In this document: piece by piece, positions 52,801-63,294 of the stretch
How positions within the stretch are numbered: the first letter of the stretch is position 1
How the letters are laid out: each line of letters opens with the position of its first letter
Assembly: GCF_964204645.1 (NCBI RefSeq)
Contig: NC_134034.1
Coordinates: 5,244,914 to 5,308,913 of the forward strand
Source of the DNA: Tubulanus polymorphus
Lineage: Eukaryota; Animalia; Nemertea
Reading direction: 5' to 3'
Length of the DNA: 64,000 bases
Program-made: the position numbers and the translations under genes
The notes under the pieces: generated by a model
What the model saw: the letters and a program-made list of their open reading frames with translations, nothing else
What the model was told of the DNA's origin: nothing
The model's database searches: none

Positions 52801-52941
52801 CCTATCATTGATACTGTTTCCTAATAGCCTGTTTAGTAATGGCTGATGTTGAGCCTTATCAAATGCTTTGTTGAAATCCCCCGTTGAACAGGATTCTAAG
52901 ACTGTGCACAAAACCCGTTATCGCTGCTTTGCAGCTATATT
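49827..52941 (+). mobile_element. Non-autonomous Helentron-type (HINE/DINE-like) element inserted at T|T in a Maverick ORF
   Basis: 5' TAGGGTTTTCTG..CAGAAAACCCTA hairpin plus (ATT)n; 3' AAAACCC sub-TIR followed by GCTGC-TTT-GCAGC hairpin and TATATT; no TSD; removal restores RTAR-INDAISENVVKG. Confidence 0.8.
50925..52560. repeat. 31-bp tandem satellite array (about 50 units) with a 12-unit (372-bp) higher-order duplication
   Basis: Unit CGCCCGCGACAATTCATTATTTTGGTTTT(A/G)T; same variant series at 51061 and 51433. Confidence 0.95.
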
Positions 52942-53241
52942 TCTAGCTGTTCTCGCGGTTTCATAAATCTTAAATAATCTAATAATTTCATCTGATTTCA
53001 TTGTATCTAATTCATTATAAGTTAAATTTTTACCGATGAAATTTTTACATTTTCCAGATGCTATTAATATTTCTAATTGATGTTTACAATAAAGATGATA
53101 TTCATAATTATTATTTGTTGTAACATTATTTAAAGCACCATCATCTGGAGTTAATTTTGTTTCTGTTATTCCTAAATCATCTAAAGTTTTTTCAATTGGA
53201 ACATCACCATTTTTAGATTTTATTTTCTTTTCACCTCCCAT
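52942..53241 (-). pseudogene. Maverick hypothetical protein, N-terminal part; remainder lies left of 49826
   Basis: TAAATG start; frame continues across the Helentron insertion. Confidence 0.65.
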
Positions 53242-53269
53242 TTATATAACAAAAAAATTAGTTGTGATG

Positions 53270-53545
53270 TTGCAACTAGAATTTAACTAGAATGTAACTA
53301 AAAATCATCTAGATTAACAAACTAGTTGAATTATTATTGTTTTTATTTATTTCTTGTTAAATCTAGTTGATTTTTGTTCCAACTACCAATAACTTGAATT
53401 CAACTAGAATGTAACTAAAAATATACTAGATTAGAAAGCTAGTTAAAATATTGTTGAATTTTATTTGATTTTTGTTTCAAATACCAATAACTAGAATTCA
53501 ACTAGAATGTAACCAAAAATGTAATAGATTAACAAACCAGTTGAA
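53270..53545. repeat. Three imperfect ~110-bp intergenic repeats in the Maverick
   Basis: Recurring AACTAGAATGTAAC(T/C)AAAAA...TAGATTA. Confidence 0.7.
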
Positions 53546-53546
53546 T

Positions 53547-54156
53547 TTAAATAAATTCATATTTAAATGGGTGTTGTAATCTAAATAGTAATTTTGATCT
53601 TTTATCATTTTTCAACTTATCCATATACTCATTATGTAAATCATGTGGAATAATATCATTTTCTTCAAGCGCATTTTTCATCGATTTTCCATCTTTATTA
53701 TAAAAGTAAAACTAAAAATCTAATGTTTTCTCTAAAATCTTTAACAATTGAATTATATTTTTGATTTAAAACCCAAGTTGTTATCCCAAAATGTCTACCA
53801 GAAAAAGCTAAATAACATAACTCACTCTCTCTAATTTTTGAATCATGTAAATTTGCACAATCATCTATGATAAATAATGTATTTGATCCTTTATAAATAT
53901 CAATTGCTATTTTTATACAATTATCTAAATTTTCTTTTAGTGTTTTAGGATCTAATATAATAAATTTATTATATCTAGTAATATTTCTATCATAAGCTTG
54001 ATTAAATTCATATGTTGGACAAAATAATACTATATTATCAAAATAGTTTTTATAAACAGTTTCTAATAAATTTAATATAAAATAAGTTTTTCCACAATTT
54101 GTTACGCCAGAAACTAACATATTATGAGGCTCAAATATAAATAATTCCTTATTCAT
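53547..54156 (-). pseudogene. A32/FtsK-like packaging ATPase, frameshift near 53700
   Basis: Walker A SGVTNCGKT, Walker B LFIIDD, SGRH arginine finger, VLNQ. Confidence 0.9.
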
Positions 54157-55283
54157 ATTTATATTTTTAATTTTACTTGATAATATCCATTCATTGAATT
54201 TATCTGGCCATCCAACCCATTTTACTAAAGAATATTTTTTTCTTTTAACAGTTTTTGTTTTTAATACTTTTTCAATTTTATATTCTTGTTCTAGATTTTC
54301 AGTAGTTAAACTCAATTCTTCTTCATAAAAATACCCATCAACTTCTTCACCATCTAAATCTTCTAATTTATAGACATATGGTTTTGTTGTTATTACCTTT
54401 TTTATTTTATATATTTCCCTAGTAAAATTTCGATCGTATCCTTTGTCAATTATCTTCTTATACTTAGAAATTCTAACATTTTGACCAACTTTAAATTTAG
54501 GTTCACCAAAATCATCTACAAGAAATGCTCCATATAAATTATTCCAAACAATTTCAGCATTTTCAGGTTTTGTAGCATCAATAGGTATCATTCCAATAGA
54601 AGAATGATAAGAATTATTATATCCTTCTATCAATTTTGGTTAAACATCAATCCATTTAAAAGTATTATTTGCTGTAAAATATTTCCACATTCTTGTTCTT
54701 AATGTTCTATTAAATCGTTCAACAACTGCTGCTTTTTATCCGATTTTGTTGAAAAATATTTAATATTATGATTATCTAAGAGTTCATGAACAAGTGAATT
54801 ATCAAATTATTTTATTTTATGATCAAATTGTATTTTTTCTGGTTTTAGTTTATCACCCGAAAGAAATTTTCTTAAAACATGTGATGTTTGTGCAGCATCT
54901 TTTCTATAAAGTGGGAAACTCCATACATAACGACTAAAAATATCAATTATATTCAATATCAACCAATAATCATCATTATCTTTCTTAACATTTTTCATAT
55001 CAATTAAATCTCCTTGCCACTGTTGATCTATATAACTTACCATAGTTTTACGAGTTTTATATTTTCTAATAATTTTTTTATGTGTTGTATATGTTGGTTG
55101 TTCTAACATAAATTCATTTATATCTTTATATTTAACTAAATTTTGTGGGATTATCTTATCTAATTTATCTTGTTTTACTTTACGCCATATATTTTTGGTA
55201 GAAGAAGCAACCGAACTCTCAGGGTCGTAATATAAATTTCTTAAATATTGTTCTTTAGTATTAGGAGTTTTTTTACCACCCAT
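54157..55283 (-). pseudogene. Retroviral-like (rve) integrase with C-terminal chromodomain, frameshifted
   Basis: QWQGDLIDM, IDIFSRY, PEKIQFD, VVERFNRTLR, YNNSYHSSIGMIP; chromodomain YKIEKVL..VKWVGWPDKFNEWI. Confidence 0.92.
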
Positions 55284-55313
55284 TTATATATCGTTAATTT
55301 TAACTTTATATTT

Positions 55314-56562
55314 CTAATATTGAATACTATCTAATTGTGAATTTACAATATTTAATTGTGCGTCAGATATAATATAAATGTGCATTTTAAAATTTAAGCT
55401 TCCTTTTTTCTTTTTCATGAATAATTGTATTCCGTCTTTAGTGTTCTGTAGTTTTTTCCCAGAACCATGTAGTGAATTATCCTCTGTTGTTCTAAAATCT
55501 AACGATAATGCATATTTATTACCGGTATAATAATCAATTTGATTAATATTACAATTTTCAGATGATTTTACTTTTTCATTCATAAAATGTTTTCTAATTT
55601 CTGGCCATTGATCTATCATTCTCATTCCTTGACATAATATTTTTTTTGCTATTCATTCGATTGTTGTTTCTACTTTTTTTTATTTCAGGATTATAATAAT
55701 TATCTACCTTTATTGCGCCATTAGAATATGTTGCAATGGTAAAAAATATTAATATACCTTTAATAGATCTTCTTGGGAAGTTAATATTCTCATTAATTAT
55801 TTCATCATTTGAATTAATAGTTACAGTTTTAAATTTATCAATATAATCATATAATAATGAAAATCCTTGATTGTATTGAGTTTGAATTGTGTTAGCAATA
55901 TTTTCATTAGTTGCTGTATCATATTCTAAACATATATTCGATAATTTATAACCCATATATTTAACAACGTTAGATAATACAATTTCATTTACAGGAGCAA
56001 ATGTTATCTCAAATATAATATCTTCTTGAATTGCATATTTATATAAAGGTGCATTATTATTTATCAATTCAAAGTCTAACGGAATTTTATATTTGCTTCC
56101 ATAAATCTGTTTAATCAAATTATCTACGTCATTAGCTACTACTGCATTATTGGCTTCAGATCTTAATTTATTTTGGTTTTCTGATTGGATGCCTTGAAAT
56201 ATCATATTATTTCTATTTTATTTAGTTAACCATAAATCTTTATAATGCATAAATAAATTATAATCATCTAATGAGAAAACTGTTTCTGGACCAATCTTTA
56301 TTGTTAATTTTTTAATCAAATATCTTCCAACATTATCAACAACATAATTATTATTATTACCGGTTACTTTTATATCAGCTGATAAATAAATACTATTTGG
56401 AACATAAAAAGTATTTTGTGTTAATCGAGGAATTCTAACATATAAAGTTTCATCGGGAATAATATTAGAAGGGTTATGAGTAATTATATGATGAGATCTT
56501 TCTGCTTTAATAGCATTAGATATTCTATGATTCTTAGAAGGATTTATATAACTCCCACTCAT
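55314..56562 (-). pseudogene. Probable major capsid protein (double jelly roll), split into three ORFs
   Basis: About 415 codons, beta-rich (YKIPLDF, YKLSNICLEYD, ENINFPRRSIKGILIFF, HGSGKKLQN); size and position fit a Polinton MCP. Confidence 0.65.
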
Positions 56563-56582
56563 TTATTTAACAAAAAAATTAA

Positions 56583-58004
56583 TTATTTATTTTTGATTAT
56601 GTTTACTAACCCAAAAATAATAGCACTTACAACTGTAATTAAAAATAAAATAATATGTTCAGCAGCAAAGTTAATAATGTTCCCAGCAGATTTCAATATA
56701 AAACCAACAATTGATGCAATAATTCCTGGTAAAGCTGCAGCAGATTTTTTAGATAGTTCCCATAAATATTTTGCTAATTTTTTTAAACCATCTTTAACTT
56801 TATCTTGTATAGAATTATTATCATTCGGGGGTTTATCCGGTTTATTGGGAGTAGGAGTAGATTTCAATGAATTTGATATAGCTAAACCAATTGTTGTAAA
56901 TAACATAGTTGTTAGAATTGAAAGAATTGTTATCCCTTCTAATTTAAATAATAATTTTATTCTATCTTTCAATGATATTTCAGAATTTGGTTTTATCAAA
57001 AAATCTTTGAAAATAACTTTTAATCTATTAATATTATAATCATATGATTTTAATAATAATTTAATTTCATCTTTTTGTAATTCTATGTTATATTCTAAAT
57101 CATCTTTTTCTTTTTCTAAACGTAATTCTTTTTGCCTATATTCTATTTCATCAATTACTTGATGATCTAAATCAGACTTTAATTGTTCTATTTCTTTATT
57201 TTTATCAGTTAATTTATCTTCTAAAAACATAATTTTTTGATCTCGTTCTAATTTTATCTCAGAATTTTTATCAGCATCCTTTCGTATACTAAATATTTCT
57301 CTAATTGCTTCATCAGAAAATATATTTAAATCTTCTAATTCTTGATCTGTTGCATCAAGTAACCCATTTTGTAAAAGTTTTTCAGTTTGAACTTCGGTTG
57401 ATTTAAGTTTACTAGTTTTGGAATTAATAACTTCTTTAGGAATTGTATCTGGTTCTAAATTTTCATTAATTATCTTCAAAAAATCATCATTTCTTCGAAT
57501 AAATTCTTTTCTATTTAGAGTTATCTCTTCTTCTGTAACATCAGTTACAACATCATTATTGATTTTCTTAATTCTAGATTGTTCTAATTTAATTAAAGTT
57601 GGTTTTGTTATTATTTTATCGCGACTTTTATTAGAAGAAATCTTAAAATAATAGTCATCTTTCAAATGCCAATAATAATCACCATTTAAATATTTCAAAT
57701 CTTTTACTAAATAATTCACACCTTTATTTGTTATATTGAATCCAGATTTTTTTAATATTGGTTTGAATTTATCAGTTAATTCGTTATATTCGTTATCTTT
57801 TTTTGCTAATTCTGGTACTTCATTTTCAATATTTATCTTTGAACGTGTTTTATCAATATATTCAGGTGTAGTTAAATTAGAATTATATTCTGTTTCATTA
57901 TCGTTACTGAAACTTGTATCATTAAATTTAGGTGGTTGTTCTTCAGTTATACCGGGTTCATCAAAAGTATCCATTCCAATATTTTCTCCACCTTCTACAT
58001 CCAT
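56583..58004 (-). CDS. Maverick coiled-coil protein with C-terminal transmembrane helices
   Basis: 473-aa ORF with a charged heptad region and hydrophobic segments near the C-terminus. Confidence 0.7.
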   Translation of the reverse strand: MDVEGGENIGMDTFDEPGITEEQPPKFNDTSFSNDNETEYNSNLTTPEYIDKTRSKINIENEVPELAKKDNEYNELTDKFKPILKKSGFNITNKGVNYLVKDLKYLNGDYYWHLKDDYYFKISSNKSRDKIITKPTLIKLEQSRIKKINNDVVTDVTEEEITLNRKEFIRRNDDFLKIINENLEPDTIPKEVINSKTSKLKSTEVQTEKLLQNGLLDATDQELEDLNIFSDEAIREIFSIRKDADKNSEIKLERDQKIMFLEDKLTDKNKEIEQLKSDLDHQVIDEIEYRQKELRLEKEKDDLEYNIELQKDEIKLLLKSYDYNINRLKVIFKDFLIKPNSEISLKDRIKLLFKLEGITILSILTTMLFTTIGLAISNSLKSTPTPNKPDKPPNDNNSIQDKVKDGLKKLAKYLWELSKKSAAALPGIIASIVGFILKSAGNIINFAAEHIILFLITVVSAIIFGLVNIIKNK

Positions 58005-58117
58005 TTATATAAAAAAAAATTAAAATTTAAAATATAATATTCCTCCTATAACAATTCCTACACAAGTTAAAGCTAATTTAGTATTTTCATGGGATTTATT
58101 ATCATTATCAGTTTTAA

Positions 58118-59182
58118 TTATATCATGTTGAATATTATCAGTTTTAATATTTTCTGATTATTATTGTATTTATTAGTGTAACCAATTATGTTTCCCATCT
58201 TTATTACTAAATCATTATAAATAATTAATAGCTTAGGGCCTATACAATAATTTAATCTAATATGTGATTTATCTAAATAATTTTGATATCTTACAATGTT
58301 TTCTGGAATCGATCTATTTTCATCATTATGAATTGAATCTTCAAATAATACTTTGAATTGTTTCTGCGTATCGAATGAAGTGTTATCATTTCCAATTATT
58401 GGGGATCTTGTTTCAACTTGCGCACCTAAAATACATATCAAATAAGTTCTAATAGATTGATTTATTCTTTGTATTCCAGCTTTAGTAAAACCTTCACTAT
58501 TTTCTAAAATGAAATAAACCCAACCATTATTGTTTTGTTGTTGTATATTATTATAATATTTTGGTAATTCAATCCAATTTAGTTTTCTTATATCTGAATT
58601 TGTCATTATTTTTCCAAATTCTTTAGTATATAATATTCTTAATCCACCCATTGTTCCAATTTTTGCTCTAAAATCATTATTTGAATTAATATTAAATTCA
58701 TTACATATTTTATAAAACTTAGAAAAATTAATATTATTATTCAATTCTCTAAAATATTTTGAACCAGGTAAAGGACATTCTAATTCATCTAATATTAATT
58801 TTATTTGAAAATAAGTATGAAATCTAAAAAGTGATAACATCAATGGTAAACTTGGTTTATTTAAATGATCATTCCAACTAATTCCACATCCTGTTGTTGC
58901 ACAATAAGCAGCAAAATTTAATTGGTTCTGCCAATACTTCATATTAGATTTTAATAACCATTGTTTTGCCTCATTTAAATTTTTAAAATTAATTGTATAC
59001 ACATGAAATATATTTTCCATCTTAACATTAAAATAATTAGTTTCAGTAACATAAATATATAAATCAATTAATGAATTTAAAACTTCATTTCTATATGAAA
59101 TATCTTTATTAAAATCTATTGCAGGAATATTAAATTTAATTGATTTATTATATGGGAAAGCTTTTGGAAAACTATCTACCAT
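58118..59182 (-). CDS. Maverick hypothetical protein
   Basis: 354-aa ORF, TAAATG start, motif WQNQLNFAAYCATTGCGIS. Confidence 0.65.
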   Translation of the reverse strand: MVDSFPKAFPYNKSIKFNIPAIDFNKDISYRNEVLNSLIDLYIYVTETNYFNVKMENIFHVYTINFKNLNEAKQWLLKSNMKYWQNQLNFAAYCATTGCGISWNDHLNKPSLPLMLSLFRFHTYFQIKLILDELECPLPGSKYFRELNNNINFSKFYKICNEFNINSNNDFRAKIGTMGGLRILYTKEFGKIMTNSDIRKLNWIELPKYYNNIQQQNNNGWVYFILENSEGFTKAGIQRINQSIRTYLICILGAQVETRSPIIGNDNTSFDTQKQFKVLFEDSIHNDENRSIPENIVRYQNYLDKSHIRLNYCIGPKLLIIYNDLVIKMGNIIGYTNKYNNNQKILKLIIFNMI

Positions 59183-59305
59183 TTATAAAATTAAAAAATT
59201 TATAATCTATTAATTCTTTTAATAATTCATCTTGTTCTTCAACTGTTATATGACCTTTTAAACTTATTATATAATCTAATGTATTTTTCAATTTATTAAT
59301 TTCTT

Positions 59306-59623
59306 TTATATTAGTTTTAATTTTTCTTTATTACTTTTTATATTTAATCTTGAACTTATACCAGTTAAAACACTTGAACTTAATCCTAGCACACCAATTG
59401 ATATAGCTAAAGGTGTTAATGGTGAAAATATTGCTAAAAATGTTATTACAGAACTAATTGTAACTGAACCACTAATAATAAAATAATATATAATTTTAGA
59501 TTTTAAATATTTTTTCTTTTTAACTTTTAAATCATTTTCAAATTCTAATATTTGTTTTTCTAAATATGTTTTTAATTTAGTTTTATTTATATCATGAGGA
59601 ATGATATCAATATTATCATCCAT
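59306..59623 (-). CDS. Small two-TM protein
   Basis: Two hydrophobic helices; TAAATG start. Confidence 0.6.
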   Translation of the reverse strand: MDDNIDIIPHDINKTKLKTYLEKQILEFENDLKVKKKKYLKSKIIYYFIISGSVTISSVITFLAIFSPLTPLAISIGVLGLSSSVLTGISSRLNIKSNKEKLKLI

Positions 59624-59696
59624 TTATTTAGCAAAAAAAATACTAATTAGTAAATCTATACGCTACAAATATAACAATAACAGTTCCACCTTAAAT

Positions 59697-60065
59697 TCAA
59701 ATGATTTCATATTTCTGTTGTTCTTTACTCGGGGTATAATAATCTGATAATTTAGGTTTGTATAGATGTAATTTTTCTTTATTGGTTACCGCGTTATATA
59801 AACTCATTGCATCGTCAACTGATTGAAAATCTCTATGTGAAATCTTCTGATCATATAATTCCTTGTTAATATAATCCATATAGTTTTGCCTCTTTTCTCT
59901 ATATTCTTCTGCTGCTTTATTGTATTTTTCTAATGCTAAGTTATGTCTTTTTTGTTCTGTTAATGATCCATTTTTATCAATATGTTTAAATAAATAACCA
60001 CCACCAGTAAATGCTAAAGCGTTAACAATTGCCGATCCTATAATAGTTATAACTGCAGAAGCCAT
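59697..60065 (-). CDS. Small Maverick protein with hydrophobic N-terminus
   Basis: AIVNALAFTGGGYLF..EQKRHNLALEK; TAAATG start. Confidence 0.6.
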   Translation of the reverse strand: MASAVITIIGSAIVNALAFTGGGYLFKHIDKNGSLTEQKRHNLALEKYNKAAEEYREKRQNYMDYINKELYDQKISHRDFQSVDDAMSLYNAVTNKEKLHLYKPKLSDYYTPSKEQQKYEII

Positions 60066-60315
60066 TTATTTAGTAAAATAATTACGCAATTATATGGGAG
60101 GAATATATTTTTGTTTTTCTAAATAATCAATAGTTAAATTAGATAAAGTAACTGCTAACGTTAATTTTAGATTTGATATCATTGATATCAAATCTATCAA
60201 CATTAACACTTCCCATTTTAAATACTTTTTTTAATACCATTGAATAACCAACAGTTCCAACTGATAATGCGCCATTATATAATCCAGTTATTATCCACTT
60301 ATTATCACTCATTTA

Positions 60316-60609
60316 TTAATCAAAAAAATTACTATCTTCAAAATATTTAGTTATCTTATTTATGATTATTTCAACATTTATTTCATTACTAGTTTCATTT
60401 GTATATATTTCAATTATTATTTTTTTAATATCATCGATGATAAAATCTTCATCTAATTCATAAAATCTTAAAGATTCTCTAATTAAATTAGTAATCTTTT
60501 CTACATTTAAAGTTTCTTTATCTATTGTTGTTTCATACTCAAATGTTGTTTCATTAGAAAATGCAATATTTTTAATATGTATAATTACATCAGTAATGTT
60601 AAATTTCAT
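60316..60609 (-). CDS. Small acidic hypothetical protein
   Basis: 97-aa ORF within the gene array. Confidence 0.4.
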   Translation of the reverse strand: MKFNITDVIIHIKNIAFSNETTFEYETTIDKETLNVEKITNLIRESLRFYELDEDFIIDDIKKIIIEIYTNETSNEINVEIIINKITKYFEDSNFFD

Positions 60610-60684
60610 TTCTTTCTCACGTTTAAAATCAAACCCAAAACATATATTCGGTCCAACAGTTATATTTATTTATATATCAAAAAA

Positions 60685-61437
60685 TTACTCTTTACATCTT
60701 ACAACTAATTCATAAATTACAGGAAAGTTATTCAAATCAATTAAGTATCCATTATGATTACTTATTTCTAATTTGAGATTATTGAAATGTGGAATACAAG
60801 GTTTAAAATCACAATCAGCTAAATTATAATTTATTTGCGTTCCAAATTGTTTAACATTTTTTAATGGTAAAATATTTAATATACTAGAATTACAAATTGT
60901 ATCTTTAGTTGTTTCAAATGTTTTTGTAGGATTAATTAAATTACAATAAATATAGAAATGTGTGTAAGGTATTAAGTTTGATCTACCTTCTGCGTTTACT
61001 GTAACAATATCTGGGTTAATTCCTAACAGTTTAGCTAAAGGTTTTCTTACTATAAATTTAAATTGTTCATCGTGAGCTAACCTAATCTTTATTTTATTAG
61101 AACTTTTTGAAAATCTAATGTTAAATCCGGAATCACTTCCTAATTTAGCTCGAGCTTTTTTATTAATTTCTTGCGCTAATGTATCTAAATTATATAATCC
61201 TGGTTTTAATATATAAAAAACCATTTATTCCTTTTTTTGTAAAAGATTGAAAACATTAAATGTTCTAGACTTTTATTCGATATATTATGAAAAGAATTAC
61301 ATAAACTTATATTAACTAATTTCAAATCAACACAATTCTTAAATTCTCTATCTAATTGTACTAGTAAATTATGAGATTTATAATTTGTAAGTTTTCTTGA
61401 ATCAACAATACATTCTGTATTCTTTTAATTCTACCAT
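60685..61437 (-). pseudogene. Possible minor capsid (penton, single jelly roll), 5' part disrupted
   Basis: KPGLYNL, FYIYCNLI, ILNILP, LKLEISNHNGYLIDLNNFPVIYEL pattern. Confidence 0.55.
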
Positions 61438-61507
61438 TATTTATAACATTAAAAAAATTACCGCTCATCACTAAAAATTAATTTTAATAAAATTTTTCCT
61501 TAATAAA

Positions 61508-61686
61508 TGGATGAGAAGATAGCATGTGAAATTTGTGGTGAACTTCTAAGAAAAAGTAATATGGCACGACATATGAAAAAACATGATGAAAATTATAACC
61601 CCCCTAAAATAAACTGCCCAAATTGTAATAAATTATTCTCAAGAAATTATGTTAAAAAACATTCAGAGAAGTGTAAAATTAATTAA
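61508..61686 (+). CDS. Small zinc-finger protein (below the ORF-track cutoff)
   Basis: MDEKIACEICGELLRKSNMARHMKKH..CPNCNKLFSRNYVKKHSEKC; TAAATG start. Confidence 0.6.
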
Positions 61687-61867
61687 ATTTTTTAAAATTA
61701 AAATTAGCAACGGCTAATGTTGATAGTAACGAAAGTAATAGTAATTCTGTTGAAGTTGAACCTGAAATTATTTGGAACAGACCTTTCTTATTCTATGATA
61801 AGGATAATATAAAAGATCATTTCTGTGAGCCTTGTCGAATAAAATATAGCCCTGAAAATATAGAAGA

Positions 61868-62299
61868 TTGGGAGAATCATCAATTCGTAAAGTACATATA
61901 GATAAAATTTCTAATAAATTTGAAGCAGAATTCAATGAAAGAAAAAATAATATATTAGAAAAAATGAAATATGAGAAAACGTTACCAGATAATAAAGAAA
62001 CAGTTGAAAGGTTAGAAAAACAATATAATGAATTAACAAGAAAAACATATTATCGTAAATATTGTAAATTGATTATTACAACAAGTAAATCAAATCTACA
62101 AAATAGAACAATAAAACATAAAGAAAACGTAAGAAAATACCAAGAGCTTAACGAAGATCTATTACTAAGAAATGATAGACAAAAATGCCCAAAATGTACT
62201 TATGAGTACTTAAGACAAGAAGGTCCTGTGATATTTTGTAATGTAGTGGATGGCAAAAGAATTTATGGGGTGATGAAAAAACTAGAAATATTGTTATAG
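61868..62299 (+). CDS. Maverick hypothetical protein, probably a fragment of a longer decayed ORF
   Basis: Coiled-coil-like region plus CPKC; non-ATG start in the track. Confidence 0.35.
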   Translation: MGESSIRKVHIDKISNKFEAEFNERKNNILEKMKYEKTLPDNKETVERLEKQYNELTRKTYYRKYCKLIITTSKSNLQNRTIKHKENVRKYQELNEDLLLRNDRQKCPKCTYEYLRQEGPVIFCNVVDGKRIYGVMKKLEILL

Positions 62300-62838
62300 A
62301 ACCAAAATTAAAGTATCTAGATGAAATATTTAATATATTTTCTACGGAAGATCATACACCAGAATATAAGCAATGGCTTGAAAAAATGAAAATAAAAATG
62401 GTGAAATAACTAAAAAAGATATAAGAAAAACAATTATTCCATCAACATTTAACACACAAAAAAAGAAAATGTATTTATATTTATTATTTAACGATTATTA
62501 TAAAAAACCTAAATTAACATAAGAAGATATGGAAAATATAAAAGAAACATTCAAAAAAATATTAAGATATTATGTGGATAATAGAATAACAGATTCAATT
62601 AATTATGAATTCTTTTTAAATAAGATTGTAAATTATTTAAACATCGATATTATAATTCCATTTGATGAATTAACAAACAAAAAGAAACAAAGAGAGCGAG
62701 ATGAAATGTGGTACAAGATAGAACTTTATTTAAATGAGAAAAAATGAAATGGAAGAACCTAAACAAAATTATACAAGAACAATTAAATGAAAAAGAAGAA
62801 ACCAATAGTGATTTCGAGTTTGATGATATTGATCCATT

Positions 62839-63294
62839 TTAATAACCATAAGGTAATGTTTTTATACCATCATCTAAAATATGCCTTTTATCATCAAATG
62901 GATTCAAACTAGTTTTTTCAACTTCATTAATGTACATCTCGTGATCTTCTGATCTTAAACAATTCATTTTGTGTTTCATTACAATAGAGTTATATAAACA
63001 CTTTATATAATCTTGAAATTCTATATGTTTATCAACCACATGTTTTGTTATTCCTTTTAACTTTTTAGCTTCATGATCTTTTGTTCTGTAACTATACATT
63101 TTACTTCTTATCCCAACAAATTCAATAATTTCATCACCCTCTAATTCATCTTTAAATTTACCAGGAATCTTTTTATCATCATTGCTAAATAGTTCATGAT
63201 CTTTGGGATAATTGCTAAAATCAAAATGATGTTTTAATGTTTTTAAGTCTTTTGTTATGTCATTTGTCTTGATTTTTAGTATGTACGCATCCGT
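62839..63294 (-). pseudogene. Protein-primed family B DNA polymerase, C-terminal extein
   Basis: TDAYILKI (second half of motif C), FDFSNYP, PGKFKDE, FVGIRSKMYSY, KKLKGI, KTSLNPFDDKR..TLPYGY*. Confidence 0.93.

Noticed and set aside
56476-58023. Plus-strand ORFs 56476-57039, 57418-57651 and 57736-58023
   Set aside because: Antisense shadows of the 473-aa minus-strand gene.
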